Shown: in pieces, positions 44,336 to 55,041 of the stretch
Layout of the letters: each line of letters begins with the position of its first letter
Numbering within the stretch: the stretch's first letter is position 1
Position numbers and translations under genes: made by a program
Notes under the pieces: generated by a model
Databases searched by the model: none
What the model was told of the DNA's origin: nothing
The model's input: only the letters and a program-made list of their open reading frames with translations
IMG/VR virus record: IMGVR_UViG_3300037484_000445
Span: 1-64,000 of that record
DNA: 64,000 bases
Source: a virus
Taxonomy: Duplodnaviria > Heunggongvirae > Uroviricota > Caudoviricetes
Reading direction: 5' to 3' (one strand)

Positions 44336-45265
44336 ATGACACTTGAAGCAGATGCCCTAAAGGGTAAGTACTTTCCGGTTTTGGATCACGGATTTGTGGC
44401 TTTGAAGGATTACATGGGCTGTGATGCCGACGTAGTTCAGTCCGCAAGAGTTTCCTATGGTGCTGGAACTAAGAAACTTTCCGAGGATCGAGGACTTTTG
44501 CGATATCTCTTTCGAAATCGCCATACTACGCCCCTCGAGATGGTGGAGTTGAAGTTTCACGTCAAACTTCCCATTTTTGTTGCCCGACAGTTAATCCGAC
44601 ATCGTACGGCAAGCGTCAATGAATACTCCTTGCGATACTCTCTAGCCCCGCTTCAGAGCTACATCCCCGAGTATGAAGTGTTCCGAAAGCAAAGCGCTTC
44701 AAATCGTCAGGGTCGTGGAGAGAGCGCCGACAGAGCCGTCTATGAACGGATCACGAACATGTGGCGAACCCTGTTCGAACAGTCCGGAGATCTCTACAAG
44801 GAAGCTGCTTTGGTCGAAGAAATTGCCAGGGAGTTAGCTCGCTTGCATTTACCCCTTAGCCTGTACACAGAGTGGTATTGGAAGATTGACCTTCACAATC
44901 TTTTTCACTTCTTGGGTTTACGTAGCGACCATCACGCCCAGTGGGAAATTCAACAGTACTCCAATGTGAAGGCTGGTATCACTAAGATCGTTGCTCCCTT
45001 GTCCTTCGAGGCTTGGGTCGACTACGCCTTCTGTGCTCGGAATTTCAGCCGTATGGAATTGGTAGCTCTTGAGGAGACGCTTCGCGTAGGGAAGCTGTCC
45101 ACCGAACGCCTTCTTGAGCTCGGTCTGTCTTCTAGGGAAGTGGATGAGTTCCTACTGAAGACTTCGGGCGCTCCGGAAGTACCCAATTTCGATCTAGATC
45201 TAACCCAAGCTAAGGACGGCGCCTACTTCCAAGCTTTGGCTGAAGCAGCTGTCCCTCAGGTGTAA
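44336..45265 (+). CDS. thyX: FAD-dependent thymidylate synthase
   Basis: RHTTPLE, RHRTASVNEYSLRY, HAQWEI. Confidence 0.97.
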   Translation: MTLEADALKGKYFPVLDHGFVALKDYMGCDADVVQSARVSYGAGTKKLSEDRGLLRYLFRNRHTTPLEMVELKFHVKLPIFVARQLIRHRTASVNEYSLRYSLAPLQSYIPEYEVFRKQSASNRQGRGESADRAVYERITNMWRTLFEQSGDLYKEAALVEEIARELARLHLPLSLYTEWYWKIDLHNLFHFLGLRSDHHAQWEIQQYSNVKAGITKIVAPLSFEAWVDYAFCARNFSRMELVALEETLRVGKLSTERLLELGLSSREVDEFLLKTSGAPEVPNFDLDLTQAKDGAYFQALAEAAVPQV

Positions 45266-45268
45266 TTC

Positions 45269-47527
45269 GTGGCGGAAGTAATAGTTGGGCATGTGCGTTC
45301 AGTAGTCTTCAATCAAGGGGATTACTACATCTTGGACTTCGATGCTGTGAGTCGGGGGCCCACGAAGGCCAAGGGTAGCCTGTACGGATTACTTCAGGTT
45401 CGCTTTGGGGTCCCCATCAAATTCACGGGAAAGTGGATTACTCATTCGAAGTACGGCAAGGAATTTCAGATCCAGAAGTGGGAACCTTGGGCGGAGACGC
45501 CTTCGGAGGCCGCTGTCTTTCTGTCCGTTTGTATCGAGGGTTTCTCAGATCTTCGTGTATCCGATGCTCTAACTTCACGCTATGGCCTAGATGTCTTTCA
45601 GAAGCTCGCTAAAGAGCCTGCCAAGATACAGACGGACTTGGCTGATGTCTTGCCCACAGAGTCCTTAGAGCGGGCCTTGTTGGGGTGGGGCCGCACTATT
45701 GCTCAACGAGATCTGTCCGTGGTGTTGAAAGCGGGGGGACTCACCGTTGGTGACATTCAGGCGGTCATGGCCAAGTTTGGGTCAGAAGCCGCTAAGGTAG
45801 TTGTCGAAAACCCGTTTCGGCTTATGGAGATCGTTGGTATATCCTATGCCAAGGTCGATCGTTTGGCTACTAGGCTAGGTGTAGATCCTGGGGATCCTCG
45901 GCGTCTTCAAGGAGCTATTCTGTGGTCGATCCAGGAGGCTGGGCGCCAAGGTCATCTGTTCCTCAAATGGAACGAGATGACGCTACTCGTGAACGATATT
46001 CTTCATGAGGAGAAGCTAGCTCCTTTGGCTTTAGGTGATAACCCGACGAAGACTTACCAAGACGCCATACGGGTCTTGCTTGAACAGAAGTCTGTTGTGT
46101 TAGATGCGATTTCGGGCTTGTATGTTCCAGAGTACTTCAACTATGAACGAGCCTCGGCCGATCTGCTGAGTAAGCTTCTGACCCCTTCAACGCTTGATGT
46201 TGATAGCCAGGCGTTCGTGACTTCCTATGAGAAGTCTCATCAGATACAGCTGTCCGAAGCTCAGCGTCGTTCGGTAGACCTTCTCGTGAATCACAAGGTA
46301 CTCGTTATCACGGGATTGCCCGGTACTGGTAAGACCACGGTTCTTAGGGCTTTGGTTCAACTTCTCGAAGAAGCCCACCTGACTTTAGCTTTGATGGCAC
46401 CTACAGGGATCGCAGCCAAGCGATTGGCTTCAGTCACGGGCCACGACGCTTCAACAGTGCATAGGGCTTTGAAGTATGATGGTTCTGAGTGGGGTTATCA
46501 TAGCAACAACCGCTATCTAGTCGATGGCGTGATTCTAGATGAAGCCAGTATGATGGATCAGGAGCTGCTTTACAGGCTCTTGTCCGCTCTACGCCCCGAT
46601 ACACGTCTTGTGTTAGTGGGGGATGATGCTCAGCTACCCTCTGTGGGCCCGGGCAATGTGCTGCGTGAACTTGTGGAGTGCGAGGAGGTTCCACACGTTC
46701 GTTTGACGGAGATCTTTAGGCAATCGAGTAAGAGCGAGATCGTCATCAACTCACATAGGATCAACTCTGGTAAGATGCCGGAGCTCACATCTTCTAGGGA
46801 GGACTCTGAGTTCAAGTTTGTTCGAGTTTACGATGAATCCCGTATAGCCATTCTCATTATCCAAATGGCTTCGAAACTCAAGGCCCGTAACGCTAATTTC
46901 CAAGTGTTGTCGCCCAAGTACGATGGCACGGTTGGCGTGGACAACTTGAACAGCTTGTTGCGGGATGCCCTGAATCCGTCAGGTCCTGACTCACAGGACT
47001 GGGACAAGGGCCCCCAGTCGTTTCGACGTGGAGACCGTTTGATGGTGACCGCCAATGACTACAAGTTGAATGTCTACAACGGTGACGTTGGAAAGCTTGT
47101 GGTTATTGGAAAAGAGGGCCTGATTGTCAGGATTCACGGTGTTGGTAAAGGCTTGGACATGGATGTCCCTTTTCCCAATGACGTGGCCAAGACAAAACTT
47201 CGCTTGGCTTACGCCATCACAGCACACAAGTCACAAGGATCTGAGTTTGACACCATCATAATGCCCATTGTGAAGACACAGGGGCGAATGCTTCAACGCA
47301 ATCTTCTCTACACAGCGGTAACCCGAGCACGTAAACGAGTTTGGTTGATCGGTGACGAGATGGCCATTCAATTGGCCGTGAACAACAACAAAGTGGTGCG
47401 ACGCAACACAGTGTTGGCAAAAGCCCTAATCCAAAGTTTGGCCGCTGGTGTAGCTGTTCAGAACAACGAAAGCGTCAATGTTGAGCATCTACCCGTAGAG
47501 GCCGGAGTCACCAATGGACCAGAATAG
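45269..47527 (+). CDS. recD2: RecD2-like SF1B helicase
   Basis: GLPGTGKT, DEASM, GDDAQLPSVG, AYAITAHKSQGSE, LYTAVTRA. Confidence 0.95.
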   Translation: MAEVIVGHVRSVVFNQGDYYILDFDAVSRGPTKAKGSLYGLLQVRFGVPIKFTGKWITHSKYGKEFQIQKWEPWAETPSEAAVFLSVCIEGFSDLRVSDALTSRYGLDVFQKLAKEPAKIQTDLADVLPTESLERALLGWGRTIAQRDLSVVLKAGGLTVGDIQAVMAKFGSEAAKVVVENPFRLMEIVGISYAKVDRLATRLGVDPGDPRRLQGAILWSIQEAGRQGHLFLKWNEMTLLVNDILHEEKLAPLALGDNPTKTYQDAIRVLLEQKSVVLDAISGLYVPEYFNYERASADLLSKLLTPSTLDVDSQAFVTSYEKSHQIQLSEAQRRSVDLLVNHKVLVITGLPGTGKTTVLRALVQLLEEAHLTLALMAPTGIAAKRLASVTGHDASTVHRALKYDGSEWGYHSNNRYLVDGVILDEASMMDQELLYRLLSALRPDTRLVLVGDDAQLPSVGPGNVLRELVECEEVPHVRLTEIFRQSSKSEIVINSHRINSGKMPELTSSREDSEFKFVRVYDESRIAILIIQMASKLKARNANFQVLSPKYDGTVGVDNLNSLLRDALNPSGPDSQDWDKGPQSFRRGDRLMVTANDYKLNVYNGDVGKLVVIGKEGLIVRIHGVGKGLDMDVPFPNDVAKTKLRLAYAITAHKSQGSEFDTIIMPIVKTQGRMLQRNLLYTAVTRARKRVWLIGDEMAIQLAVNNNKVVRRNTVLAKALIQSLAAGVAVQNNESVNVEHLPVEAGVTNGPE

Positions 47528-48314
47528 GGTTACTAAAATTTACGATGAGTTGGGGCAGATGTTGGTGGGGTTAGATCCGGACCCAGCTTCTCGAGGTCCA
47601 GGCTACCTTCAGGAGTTGATATCTCGCACGAGAGGCTACTTGAATCGCACGAGTATCCTCACACAGGAAGCACACCAACAGCATCAATGGTTGGATCGGG
47701 ATCTCAATGCAAAGAAGACGGCGTTTCAGCTATGCTCGGACGAGATGTTGGCCGGGGATAAGCGCGTTACGCTGTTGCCTAACATTGATGACCGTAAGGC
47801 TATGATCAACCTACTCTTGAGGGATGAACGGCAAGAGATCGCTCAGTTGGAGCAGGCTGTCCGGGAAGTCGCCTATGTGGAGAAGGCTATCAAGCACCGC
47901 CACAAGGAGTTGGATAACACTATTAGTGCTATTCGAATGCAGAAGTCCTTGATTGAGTCTGAATCCCGCACGGGCTCGTTTTATGGAGACGAGGGTAATG
48001 CCTCTCGAGGCGATGTCTATGCCGGGAAGGCGGGCACGCCGGCCTCCTTGGACAATGACTTGGATGGGGATGAGATCGGCCGTCTTTTGGCAGAAAGTAT
48101 GGGTGAGACCGGCGCCAAGGACGAGGACCCGGTGGCGCCAGAGACGTTCAACGTTAGTGTAGGGGAGCCTACCCCACCCCAACCTGTTGGGGTCACACAC
48201 ACTGAAGAGCCGACAATTTCTGAAAAATCTGTGACTGACGAGAGTGAGTTTGATAAATTCCTACAAGGGGACGATTTGGACGACATTTTCGCTGGTCTAG
48301 ATATGGAAGTCTAG
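47514..48314 (+). CDS. coiled-coil protein with acidic tail (possible recombination mediator)
   Basis: helical N-terminus, acidic C-terminus, located in the recombination block. Confidence 0.5.
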   Translation: MDQNRVTKIYDELGQMLVGLDPDPASRGPGYLQELISRTRGYLNRTSILTQEAHQQHQWLDRDLNAKKTAFQLCSDEMLAGDKRVTLLPNIDDRKAMINLLLRDERQEIAQLEQAVREVAYVEKAIKHRHKELDNTISAIRMQKSLIESESRTGSFYGDEGNASRGDVYAGKAGTPASLDNDLDGDEIGRLLAESMGETGAKDEDPVAPETFNVSVGEPTPPQPVGVTHTEEPTISEKSVTDESEFDKFLQGDDLDDIFAGLDMEV

Positions 48315-48393
48315 TGTAGTATTCGGTCTGTTCGTTGGCCCTCACCCATAACAACTTGTGGGGGAAAGCGACCTTGAAAGGACAGCTAAAGCT

Positions 48394-49272
48394 ATGTCTA
48401 CGTCTATTGATTTGGATGGATACGACGAGTTCGAAGGCGATGTTGGGCTTGGTTCTGAGGACAAAAAGCACGCGAAGTCCAACCAGCTAGAGTGGTTCAA
48501 AGGGGAAAAGGGGCGTAAGTACCGGGCAGCTCTGGTTTACTTCCACCCTCTCGTCGCGAGTTTGGTTGTTGCGGCAAAGGCAAAGGCCAAGCGTGGCGAG
48601 GCCGTGCCGACCAAAGAAGAACTTCAAACGGCTCTTCAGGCGGCGCTAAACAAGCGGGCCACGTTCTTCGACAAGCCTGTCGATCAGCTGGCAGACTACG
48701 AGCAATTGGACATGTCCAATGCCAAGTTCAAGATGGTCGAAGCCCACTACAAGGACGGCTTCGGGTTCGTTGTTTCTAGGCTTGGTTTGGATGGGCCAGA
48801 GGCAGATCTTCTGTGGAAGAGCTTGGGTGACCCGAAGAAGTACTTCGCCACGGCCCTGTTGCTGTATCCGACGAAGAACCGCGAGGGTGAGCTTGACCGA
48901 GACAACGTCAAGAACTTCGTTGTTTCGCCGTGGAGGATCAGCGGAAAGCTCTATGAGACCTTTCACACGCGAGCAGCAAGCTTACGTGAGAATGGGTTGA
49001 ACCTTGCTTCCCAAGATCTGTTGCTGACCTGCACCAACACTGACTATCAAAACTTCGACGTTGATGCAGCAGGCCCGGCTCTTTGGGTCAAGAACAAGGG
49101 TTTGGCGTCGCTCGTGTTGGCCAAGGCTCACGCCTTATACGACAAGCTCCAACCGTTCCGTGTCATGAGTACGGCCGATCTCAGCATCAAGCTGGGTGTG
49201 AATATGCCGTCCGGATCCGACATGTCTGTTGGTGCCGAAGAAGAGTTCAAGGATCTTCTCGCGGGCGTTTGA
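48394..49272 (+). CDS. putative single-stranded DNA-binding protein
   Basis: aromatic beta-rich core, acidic C-tail (EEEFKDLLAGV), strong codon bias, followed by a hairpin at 49282-49305. Confidence 0.55.
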   Translation: MSTSIDLDGYDEFEGDVGLGSEDKKHAKSNQLEWFKGEKGRKYRAALVYFHPLVASLVVAAKAKAKRGEAVPTKEELQTALQAALNKRATFFDKPVDQLADYEQLDMSNAKFKMVEAHYKDGFGFVVSRLGLDGPEADLLWKSLGDPKKYFATALLLYPTKNREGELDRDNVKNFVVSPWRISGKLYETFHTRAASLRENGLNLASQDLLLTCTNTDYQNFDVDAAGPALWVKNKGLASLVLAKAHALYDKLQPFRVMSTADLSIKLGVNMPSGSDMSVGAEEEFKDLLAGV

Positions 49273-49309
49273 GTAGGAGATTGAAGGGGCCGTAAGGCCC
49301 CTTCAGCCC

Positions 49310-50119
49310 ATGATAACCCTTGGCATTGATCCGTCTTTGACCGGATTCGGATGGTGTATACACAATTCATCCGTTACGGGACCAGCACGTGTCATTGCTA
49401 GGGGTGTTGTCAACACACCTGCTGCTGAGATCTTTGTTAGTCGGTACATTTTTCTTCGAACGCAGTTGATTCATTTGATCGCTGAATACCCGGAGATTCA
49501 AGCCGTTGGGGTTGAATCTCCGCCGTTTGGGGAAGACTTTAGTGAGGGTCTCTATGCGTTGTTTGTCTACGTGAACGAAGCTCTTTATCTCTTGCGTAAG
49601 GACGTCGTTTACTTCGATCCGTTGACTGTGAAGTTGTTGGCGAAAATGGACCCTAAGGTAATCCAAGGGACTATGGACAAGAACAACATGATTGTGGCGG
49701 CCCGAGCAGAAACAGGCATTCATAGTTGGAACAACAATGCCGCCGACGCATACCTCATTGGAAGATCAGCAGCACGGTTTTGGCGACTTGAGTCCGGAGA
49801 AATCACACTCGAAAACCTGACCCCCGCCGAGGCACATTCCTTCAGTCGTGTACACACCTTTACGCGAGGAGCCAAAGCAGGGCAAACCAAACGTGATGGT
49901 TTGGTGTTTCGTGAAGGGGAACGGTTCTTCAAGTTCTCGCATCTACCCCCTAGTCCGATAGAGAGTGAGTACATACAATGGCTTCTAAGAAGCTCTCAAA
50001 AGAGTCTGGAAAAGGATCCGCTTCAACCGGATCTAGCCCCAAGCCCTCTCCAGCTGCAGCGCCCCAGGTTAAAGCCGCCCCCCAAGCCAAAGCAACCCCC
50101 AAAGCCTCCGCCAAGTTGA
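49310..50119 (+). CDS. ruvC: RuvC-like Holliday junction resolvase
   Basis: LGIDPSLTGFG, VGVES, DK, NNNAADA. Confidence 0.85.
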   Translation: MITLGIDPSLTGFGWCIHNSSVTGPARVIARGVVNTPAAEIFVSRYIFLRTQLIHLIAEYPEIQAVGVESPPFGEDFSEGLYALFVYVNEALYLLRKDVVYFDPLTVKLLAKMDPKVIQGTMDKNNMIVAARAETGIHSWNNNAADAYLIGRSAARFWRLESGEITLENLTPAEAHSFSRVHTFTRGAKAGQTKRDGLVFREGERFFKFSHLPPSPIESEYIQWLLRSSQKSLEKDPLQPDLAPSPLQLQRPRLKPPPKPKQPPKPPPS

Positions 50120-51390
50120 ACCTTGCCGGTTCGGCGGCCCTGAAAGCCGTCTGTGCCGCGGTTCTCAAGACTACCGGTCATAAGCCTATCCTTGAGAACA
50201 AGAAGCCCCTACCAGCGGTACCTAGCGGTTCTATGGCCATCGATGACTTGATCGGCGGTACTCTGTCCGCTGACAAGACCGGGCCAAAATGCCCCGGCTA
50301 CCCTCGACGGAAGATCACCGAGATCTATGGTCCTGAGTCAAGTGGTAAGACCACTGCCGCTATTCAGGCCATAGCTGCCGCACAGAAGGCTGGGGGCACG
50401 GCCATGTTCTTGGACTTCGAACATGCTTTGGATCACCAGTACGCTAAGCGTGTGGGTATGTCCTTCGATTCGGACAAGCTTGTGTTGTTTGCTCCGGATT
50501 CTTTGGAGCAGGGTTGGAAGATGATCAACATCGGCATCCGGGCAGGTGTCGATTTGATTGTTGTCGACTCTGTCGCTTCGATGGTGCCCCAAGCAGAGAT
50601 TGATAAGCCTCCAGGTGATGCGGCTCGTATTGGTGCTGTGGCAGCGGCGATGTCCTCGACGCTTCCCAAGATAGTTGGTTGGTTGGGTAGCCAGGATCCG
50701 CAGTACAACCGCAACCCGTTAGGTACGGCTCTTGTATTCTTGAACCAGATCCGAGCCACGATTCAAACGGGTGGTCATGGTGGGGGTGGCGGCGGTGAAG
50801 GGGACAACACCTCTGGTGGTAAGGCCCTCAAGTACTACGCCTACCTAAGAGTCAAGTTCACGAGAATCCGTGGAGAATCCGTAAAACGTAAGGACCCGAT
50901 GACGGGTAAGGAGCGGACCTATAACTACGGAAATCACACCCAGGTCAAGCTCGTCAAATCCAAAGTTGATGGCAAGCAAGGCTTCACGACGGACATCTTC
51001 ATTCGTTTCAACTACGGTATTGACGATCATTACTCGTTGATCGAAGCGGGTGTGTCCAACAAGCTGATCTCCAAGAGTGGGGCCAGTTATGAGTACGCGG
51101 GACAGAAGTTCGTAGGTAAGGACAAGATCCGCAAGTTCTTCTTGGATAACCCCAAGTTGTTCTCGGAACTTAGGTTCAAGATCTTGAAGTCCATTCGGGA
51201 TGATGATGTTGACACAAGTACGTTGGAAGACGAAGAGTCCCAGATCTTCGCCGCTTTGGATGACGTCGCAATCGTAGAAGACACATCTAGTCCCGACGAA
51301 GATCCCGGTGGCGAACTTGAGCCCATTGAAGAAGACATTGACACTGACGACTTTGAACCTCCTGCTGAAGACGTGACTGGCGAAGAGTAA
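49978..51390 (+). CDS. recA: RecA recombinase
   Basis: EIYGPESSGKTT, DFEHALD, VVDSVA, FLNQIR, GGKALKYY. Confidence 0.97.
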   Translation: MASKKLSKESGKGSASTGSSPKPSPAAAPQVKAAPQAKATPKASAKLNLAGSAALKAVCAAVLKTTGHKPILENKKPLPAVPSGSMAIDDLIGGTLSADKTGPKCPGYPRRKITEIYGPESSGKTTAAIQAIAAAQKAGGTAMFLDFEHALDHQYAKRVGMSFDSDKLVLFAPDSLEQGWKMINIGIRAGVDLIVVDSVASMVPQAEIDKPPGDAARIGAVAAAMSSTLPKIVGWLGSQDPQYNRNPLGTALVFLNQIRATIQTGGHGGGGGGEGDNTSGGKALKYYAYLRVKFTRIRGESVKRKDPMTGKERTYNYGNHTQVKLVKSKVDGKQGFTTDIFIRFNYGIDDHYSLIEAGVSNKLISKSGASYEYAGQKFVGKDKIRKFFLDNPKLFSELRFKILKSIRDDDVDTSTLEDEESQIFAALDDVAIVEDTSSPDEDPGGELEPIEEDIDTDDFEPPAEDVTGEE

Positions 51391-51395
51391 GGGCT

Positions 51396-52880
51396 ATGCT
51401 TGAACTCGAGGTCCACAACTTCCAGTCAGTTCTTCGTGCTAAGGTAGTAGTGGACGGGTTCACTGCTATCGAGGGGCGTTCGAACATCGGTAAGAGCGCC
51501 TTCATTCGAGCAGTTCAGTGTGCTTTGACAGGGGCCGTGGGGACGGACTTCGTTCGTCACGGCCCCGCTTGTGAACGCTATGTTCGAGGGAACAAGAAGT
51601 GCAGTTGCTTTTCTACCGTCATATTTCGTTCTTCCAAGTTGACGCTCACTTGGGAGAAGGGGGATAGCGTCAATCGCTACACAGTCGTTCGCCCAGACAG
51701 CTCTACACCCGAAGTATTCAACGGCTTGGAACGTGGAACGCCGAACTTTCTACTGCCCGATTTTCAAATGGTTCAGATCGGCGCGAAGAAAGAATTGGTC
51801 CAAATTCCGGATCAGTTTGAGCCGATCTTTCTGTTGAACCAATCCGGGCCTTCTGTTGCCGATGTCTTGAGTGATGTAGCTCGGCTCGACTGCATCAATA
51901 AGGCTATGGTGTTGGTGGGTAAAGACCGTAAGGAAACGGCGTCTAAGCGTAAGGTTCGAGAGGAGGATATCAAAAACCTTACGGCCAGTTTGAGCTTGTA
52001 TGCTGGCTTGGATGCCGTTCCGGTTAGGAGTGTTGAAGTCCTAGGGGCTAAATTACGCAAGGCCCAACAGACCCTTAGCCAGGTAGAGGGGTACATAAGC
52101 AAACTTCAGGGTCTCAAGGTCACTCTTCAGGCTCTATTTCGGGCACTTGAACCCAATCTGCCTGACTTGCGGCCACTGGAGACCACATACTCTGGTTTGG
52201 TTCAAGTGGAAGGATTTCAAGCCCGAGCTACTGCAGGCACAGCAGTTGTTCTTGACTTGTCAACGGCGTTAAAGCCCGATCTACCGAGTATTGATCCCTT
52301 ACTGAGCACTAACTCTAGTTTGACTTGTGCCAGCAGTTTCCTGGTCAGGTATCAAGAACGAGCCCAAATCCTCGACACCTTGACTGGCGTTGACCAGGTC
52401 GGTGTGCCTGATGTGCCTAAGTTAGGTGACAGCTTCAGTACTTTGCAGCGAATCTCTTCCCTAACTCAGCGTTTGAAGGCCGTAACCGAGGTTACCGATC
52501 AATATGAGGGTCTGGACCAGGTTTCTGTTCCGGATGGATCAAAGCTTGTTCAGCTATGGCCTCAGATATCTCAGTTGGAAGAGTACTTGCAAAAGCATAC
52601 GCAGTTGCAAGCAGATGTCTTTCGGGGAGACGCGGCTCAAGGGGCTTCCGAACTAGATATGGGAAATCTTCCGAAGAGACTTGAAATGTTGGGCAAAGTC
52701 TCTTCGATGCTCGGTCGTCTATCCGCTCTCAAGACAGTGTTCTTAGCAACCAAGCAGGAACATGCCGTGGCTGAGGTTGAGGTGCGACAAACGGTTATGG
52801 ACCTAGAAGCTCTTGGAACATGCCCTACTTGCAGCCAATCCTTTGCTAAAGGTCAGCACTTGCATTTGGAGGGCTCGTGA
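51396..52880 (+). CDS. SbcC/Rad50-like ATPase, N-terminal half (Walker A to zinc hook)
   Basis: NFQS, GRSNIGKS, Q-loop, coiled coil, ends CPTCSQ. Confidence 0.85.
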   Translation: MLELEVHNFQSVLRAKVVVDGFTAIEGRSNIGKSAFIRAVQCALTGAVGTDFVRHGPACERYVRGNKKCSCFSTVIFRSSKLTLTWEKGDSVNRYTVVRPDSSTPEVFNGLERGTPNFLLPDFQMVQIGAKKELVQIPDQFEPIFLLNQSGPSVADVLSDVARLDCINKAMVLVGKDRKETASKRKVREEDIKNLTASLSLYAGLDAVPVRSVEVLGAKLRKAQQTLSQVEGYISKLQGLKVTLQALFRALEPNLPDLRPLETTYSGLVQVEGFQARATAGTAVVLDLSTALKPDLPSIDPLLSTNSSLTCASSFLVRYQERAQILDTLTGVDQVGVPDVPKLGDSFSTLQRISSLTQRLKAVTEVTDQYEGLDQVSVPDGSKLVQLWPQISQLEEYLQKHTQLQADVFRGDAAQGASELDMGNLPKRLEMLGKVSSMLGRLSALKTVFLATKQEHAVAEVEVRQTVMDLEALGTCPTCSQSFAKGQHLHLEGS

Positions 52881-53857
52881 CCAGGATATCCTTCTTATTT
52901 CGCACCGATGTGCATGTTGCGGACAAAAACCCCATTTCTTGGAAGGGAGACTATCGATCTGAGATCCTAGATGACTTGGTCCAGATTGGACAGTTGGCAG
53001 ATCTCCATCAGGTTGAAGCTGTTCTTGATGGAGGTGATTTCTTCCATGTCAAGACGGCCGTACGCACATCACACGGCTTGGTGATTGATGTTCTGAAGAT
53101 TCACCGAGATCACTACAAGAAGAGCGTCTATGGTATCGAGGGCAATCACGACATCTTCGGGAACAACCTGGAGACGATCGACTCGCAGCCCTTAGGTGTG
53201 CTCTACAACACATTGGCCTTTCGAAACTTACGCAACGAGGTATTCGAGAAAGACGGCCTCAGAATTAGGGTCGTGGGGTTCCCTTATAGTCCTACTCGGA
53301 CGCTGAGGGAAATTCAGGCGGTTCGAAAGCAGCCAGGTGACGACTATATGGTAGCTGTCATTCATGCCTTGGCAGGTAAGGATCCACCGGCTCATGTCGA
53401 GGAATTCTACGGTGAACCTGTCTTTCGGTACGATAGTTTGATCTATGAAGGTGGTCCAGATGTGTTTTGCTTTGGGCATTGGCACAAGGACCAGGGGGTA
53501 GTTTGCCTGGAAGGGCGTCACTTTGTTAACCAGGGGGCGGTGTCTCGAGGGTCACTCACCCAGGACAACCTTAGTCGGGTCCCCCAGGTAGCTCTTTTGG
53601 AGTTCACTCCTGAGGGTATCGGGATCAAGACCATTCCCCTGAAGGTGGCGGCGCCCGAAGAAGTCTACGACCTAGAACGTAAGGGTCGTCAAGAGAAAGT
53701 GTCTTTGGTCATCAGCCAGTTTATCGATCAACTCCAACAGGGCCTTGTTGTAGACTCGGACCAGGATATCGAGGATAGCATTCGGAACATACCTAACGTG
53801 GCCCCTGATGTGCAGGCTCGGGCCTTAGCCTACCTTGAGACAGCGAGGACTTCGTAG
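52877..53857 (+). CDS. SbcD/Mre11-like metallophosphoesterase nuclease
   Basis: TDVH, GGDFFH, GNHD, GHWH. Confidence 0.9.
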   Translation: MTRISFLFRTDVHVADKNPISWKGDYRSEILDDLVQIGQLADLHQVEAVLDGGDFFHVKTAVRTSHGLVIDVLKIHRDHYKKSVYGIEGNHDIFGNNLETIDSQPLGVLYNTLAFRNLRNEVFEKDGLRIRVVGFPYSPTRTLREIQAVRKQPGDDYMVAVIHALAGKDPPAHVEEFYGEPVFRYDSLIYEGGPDVFCFGHWHKDQGVVCLEGRHFVNQGAVSRGSLTQDNLSRVPQVALLEFTPEGIGIKTIPLKVAAPEEVYDLERKGRQEKVSLVISQFIDQLQQGLVVDSDQDIEDSIRNIPNVAPDVQARALAYLETARTS

Positions 53858-54772
53858 ATGTATCTGTCATATTCTGGCTTCAAAAAGGCCATCACGTGCT
53901 TGTTCTCGTACTGGCATGAATACCCCAACAAGACGCCTAAGACAGGACCTGATGATCGTTTGGGTTCAATCTATGGGTCTGTTGTGGGTAAGTTGTTCGA
54001 GGACTTTTATGTCCAGAGGGTGTGGCTGCAGCCCAATCCTAAGGAGTTCTTGCTCGGACGCGTGACTCAGACCGTAGATGCTGTGATAAAACAGGAAACC
54101 ACGACCAAGGGTTGGAAAACAGGGGGAGTCCTTCTTTGGAAGGGATCGGAATCAAATCAAAATCCTAAGGGTATGTACGCCAATCGAGCTGAACTAGAGG
54201 CAGACATCCGAGACACCATTCCTCGAGGGTTGGACATCATTCGCCAGTACAAGCTCATCGGTCCTCGTGCGGACGCTGAGTACAAACTCGACTTTAGCAC
54301 CCCTGAAAAGCACACATTGGCGGGTCGTGCGGACTTCATCATCCAAAGGGTTAGGCCGTTCAGCGACCTACTCATTGTGGATGGGAAGGGATCCAAACAC
54401 CGAGGTGACTACGTGGACCCGCAACAACTCGTTTGGTATGCGATGTTGTTTTACCTACACTCTGTGAGTCAAGGCAAGCCCCAGTTGCCCAATAAACTGG
54501 CTTTCCTCTATTGGCGTTGCAATCCGGATAATGCCGTGGATTGGTTGAGTGTGTCGGAGGACGACGTTAAGGCCCTCCTGGCTACTGTGTTGGACACAAT
54601 TCGACAAATCGAGGAGAAACTCAAAATACTCCCTGCCGGTGTGTCCATGGATACGGTAAGAGGTGTATTCAAACCTAAGGCTAACGAATCAAACTGTAGG
54701 TTTTGCCCCTATATCGCGGCTTGTCCCTCAGGCTACAAGATTCAAGAGGAACTCAAATGTCGTCAACGCTAG
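53858..54772 (+). CDS. PD-(D/E)XK exonuclease (Cas4/AddB-like)
   Basis: LSYS..C, GRADF, IVDGK, QL.WY, CRFCPY..C. Confidence 0.88.
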   Translation: MYLSYSGFKKAITCLFSYWHEYPNKTPKTGPDDRLGSIYGSVVGKLFEDFYVQRVWLQPNPKEFLLGRVTQTVDAVIKQETTTKGWKTGGVLLWKGSESNQNPKGMYANRAELEADIRDTIPRGLDIIRQYKLIGPRADAEYKLDFSTPEKHTLAGRADFIIQRVRPFSDLLIVDGKGSKHRGDYVDPQQLVWYAMLFYLHSVSQGKPQLPNKLAFLYWRCNPDNAVDWLSVSEDDVKALLATVLDTIRQIEEKLKILPAGVSMDTVRGVFKPKANESNCRFCPYIAACPSGYKIQEELKCRQR

Positions 54773-55041
54773 AACAGATCAAAGAACGCGTAGATGCCCT
54801 TAGTGTGAGGTTCAAGAAGGCTAGTGAGAAGAAGGCCAACCTCAGCGGGCTTTTGCAGGCCAAGAAAGAAGAGCTGAACGCTCTCGTCGAAGAGATTCGG
54901 ACTGCCGGACTCGATCCCAAGAAACTCAAAGAACACCGTGATGACCTGAAGCTGGAAGTCGAGACTATGATCAAGGAACTCGACGAGAAGCTTACATCTG
55001 TAGAAGGGGCCTTACAGGCCTATGATAAGGGAACGCCATGA
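54757..55041 (+). CDS. small coiled-coil protein
   Basis: GAGGA SD, heptad pattern. Confidence 0.65.
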   Translation: MSSTLEQIKERVDALSVRFKKASEKKANLSGLLQAKKEELNALVEEIRTAGLDPKKLKEHRDDLKLEVETMIKELDEKLTSVEGALQAYDKGTP

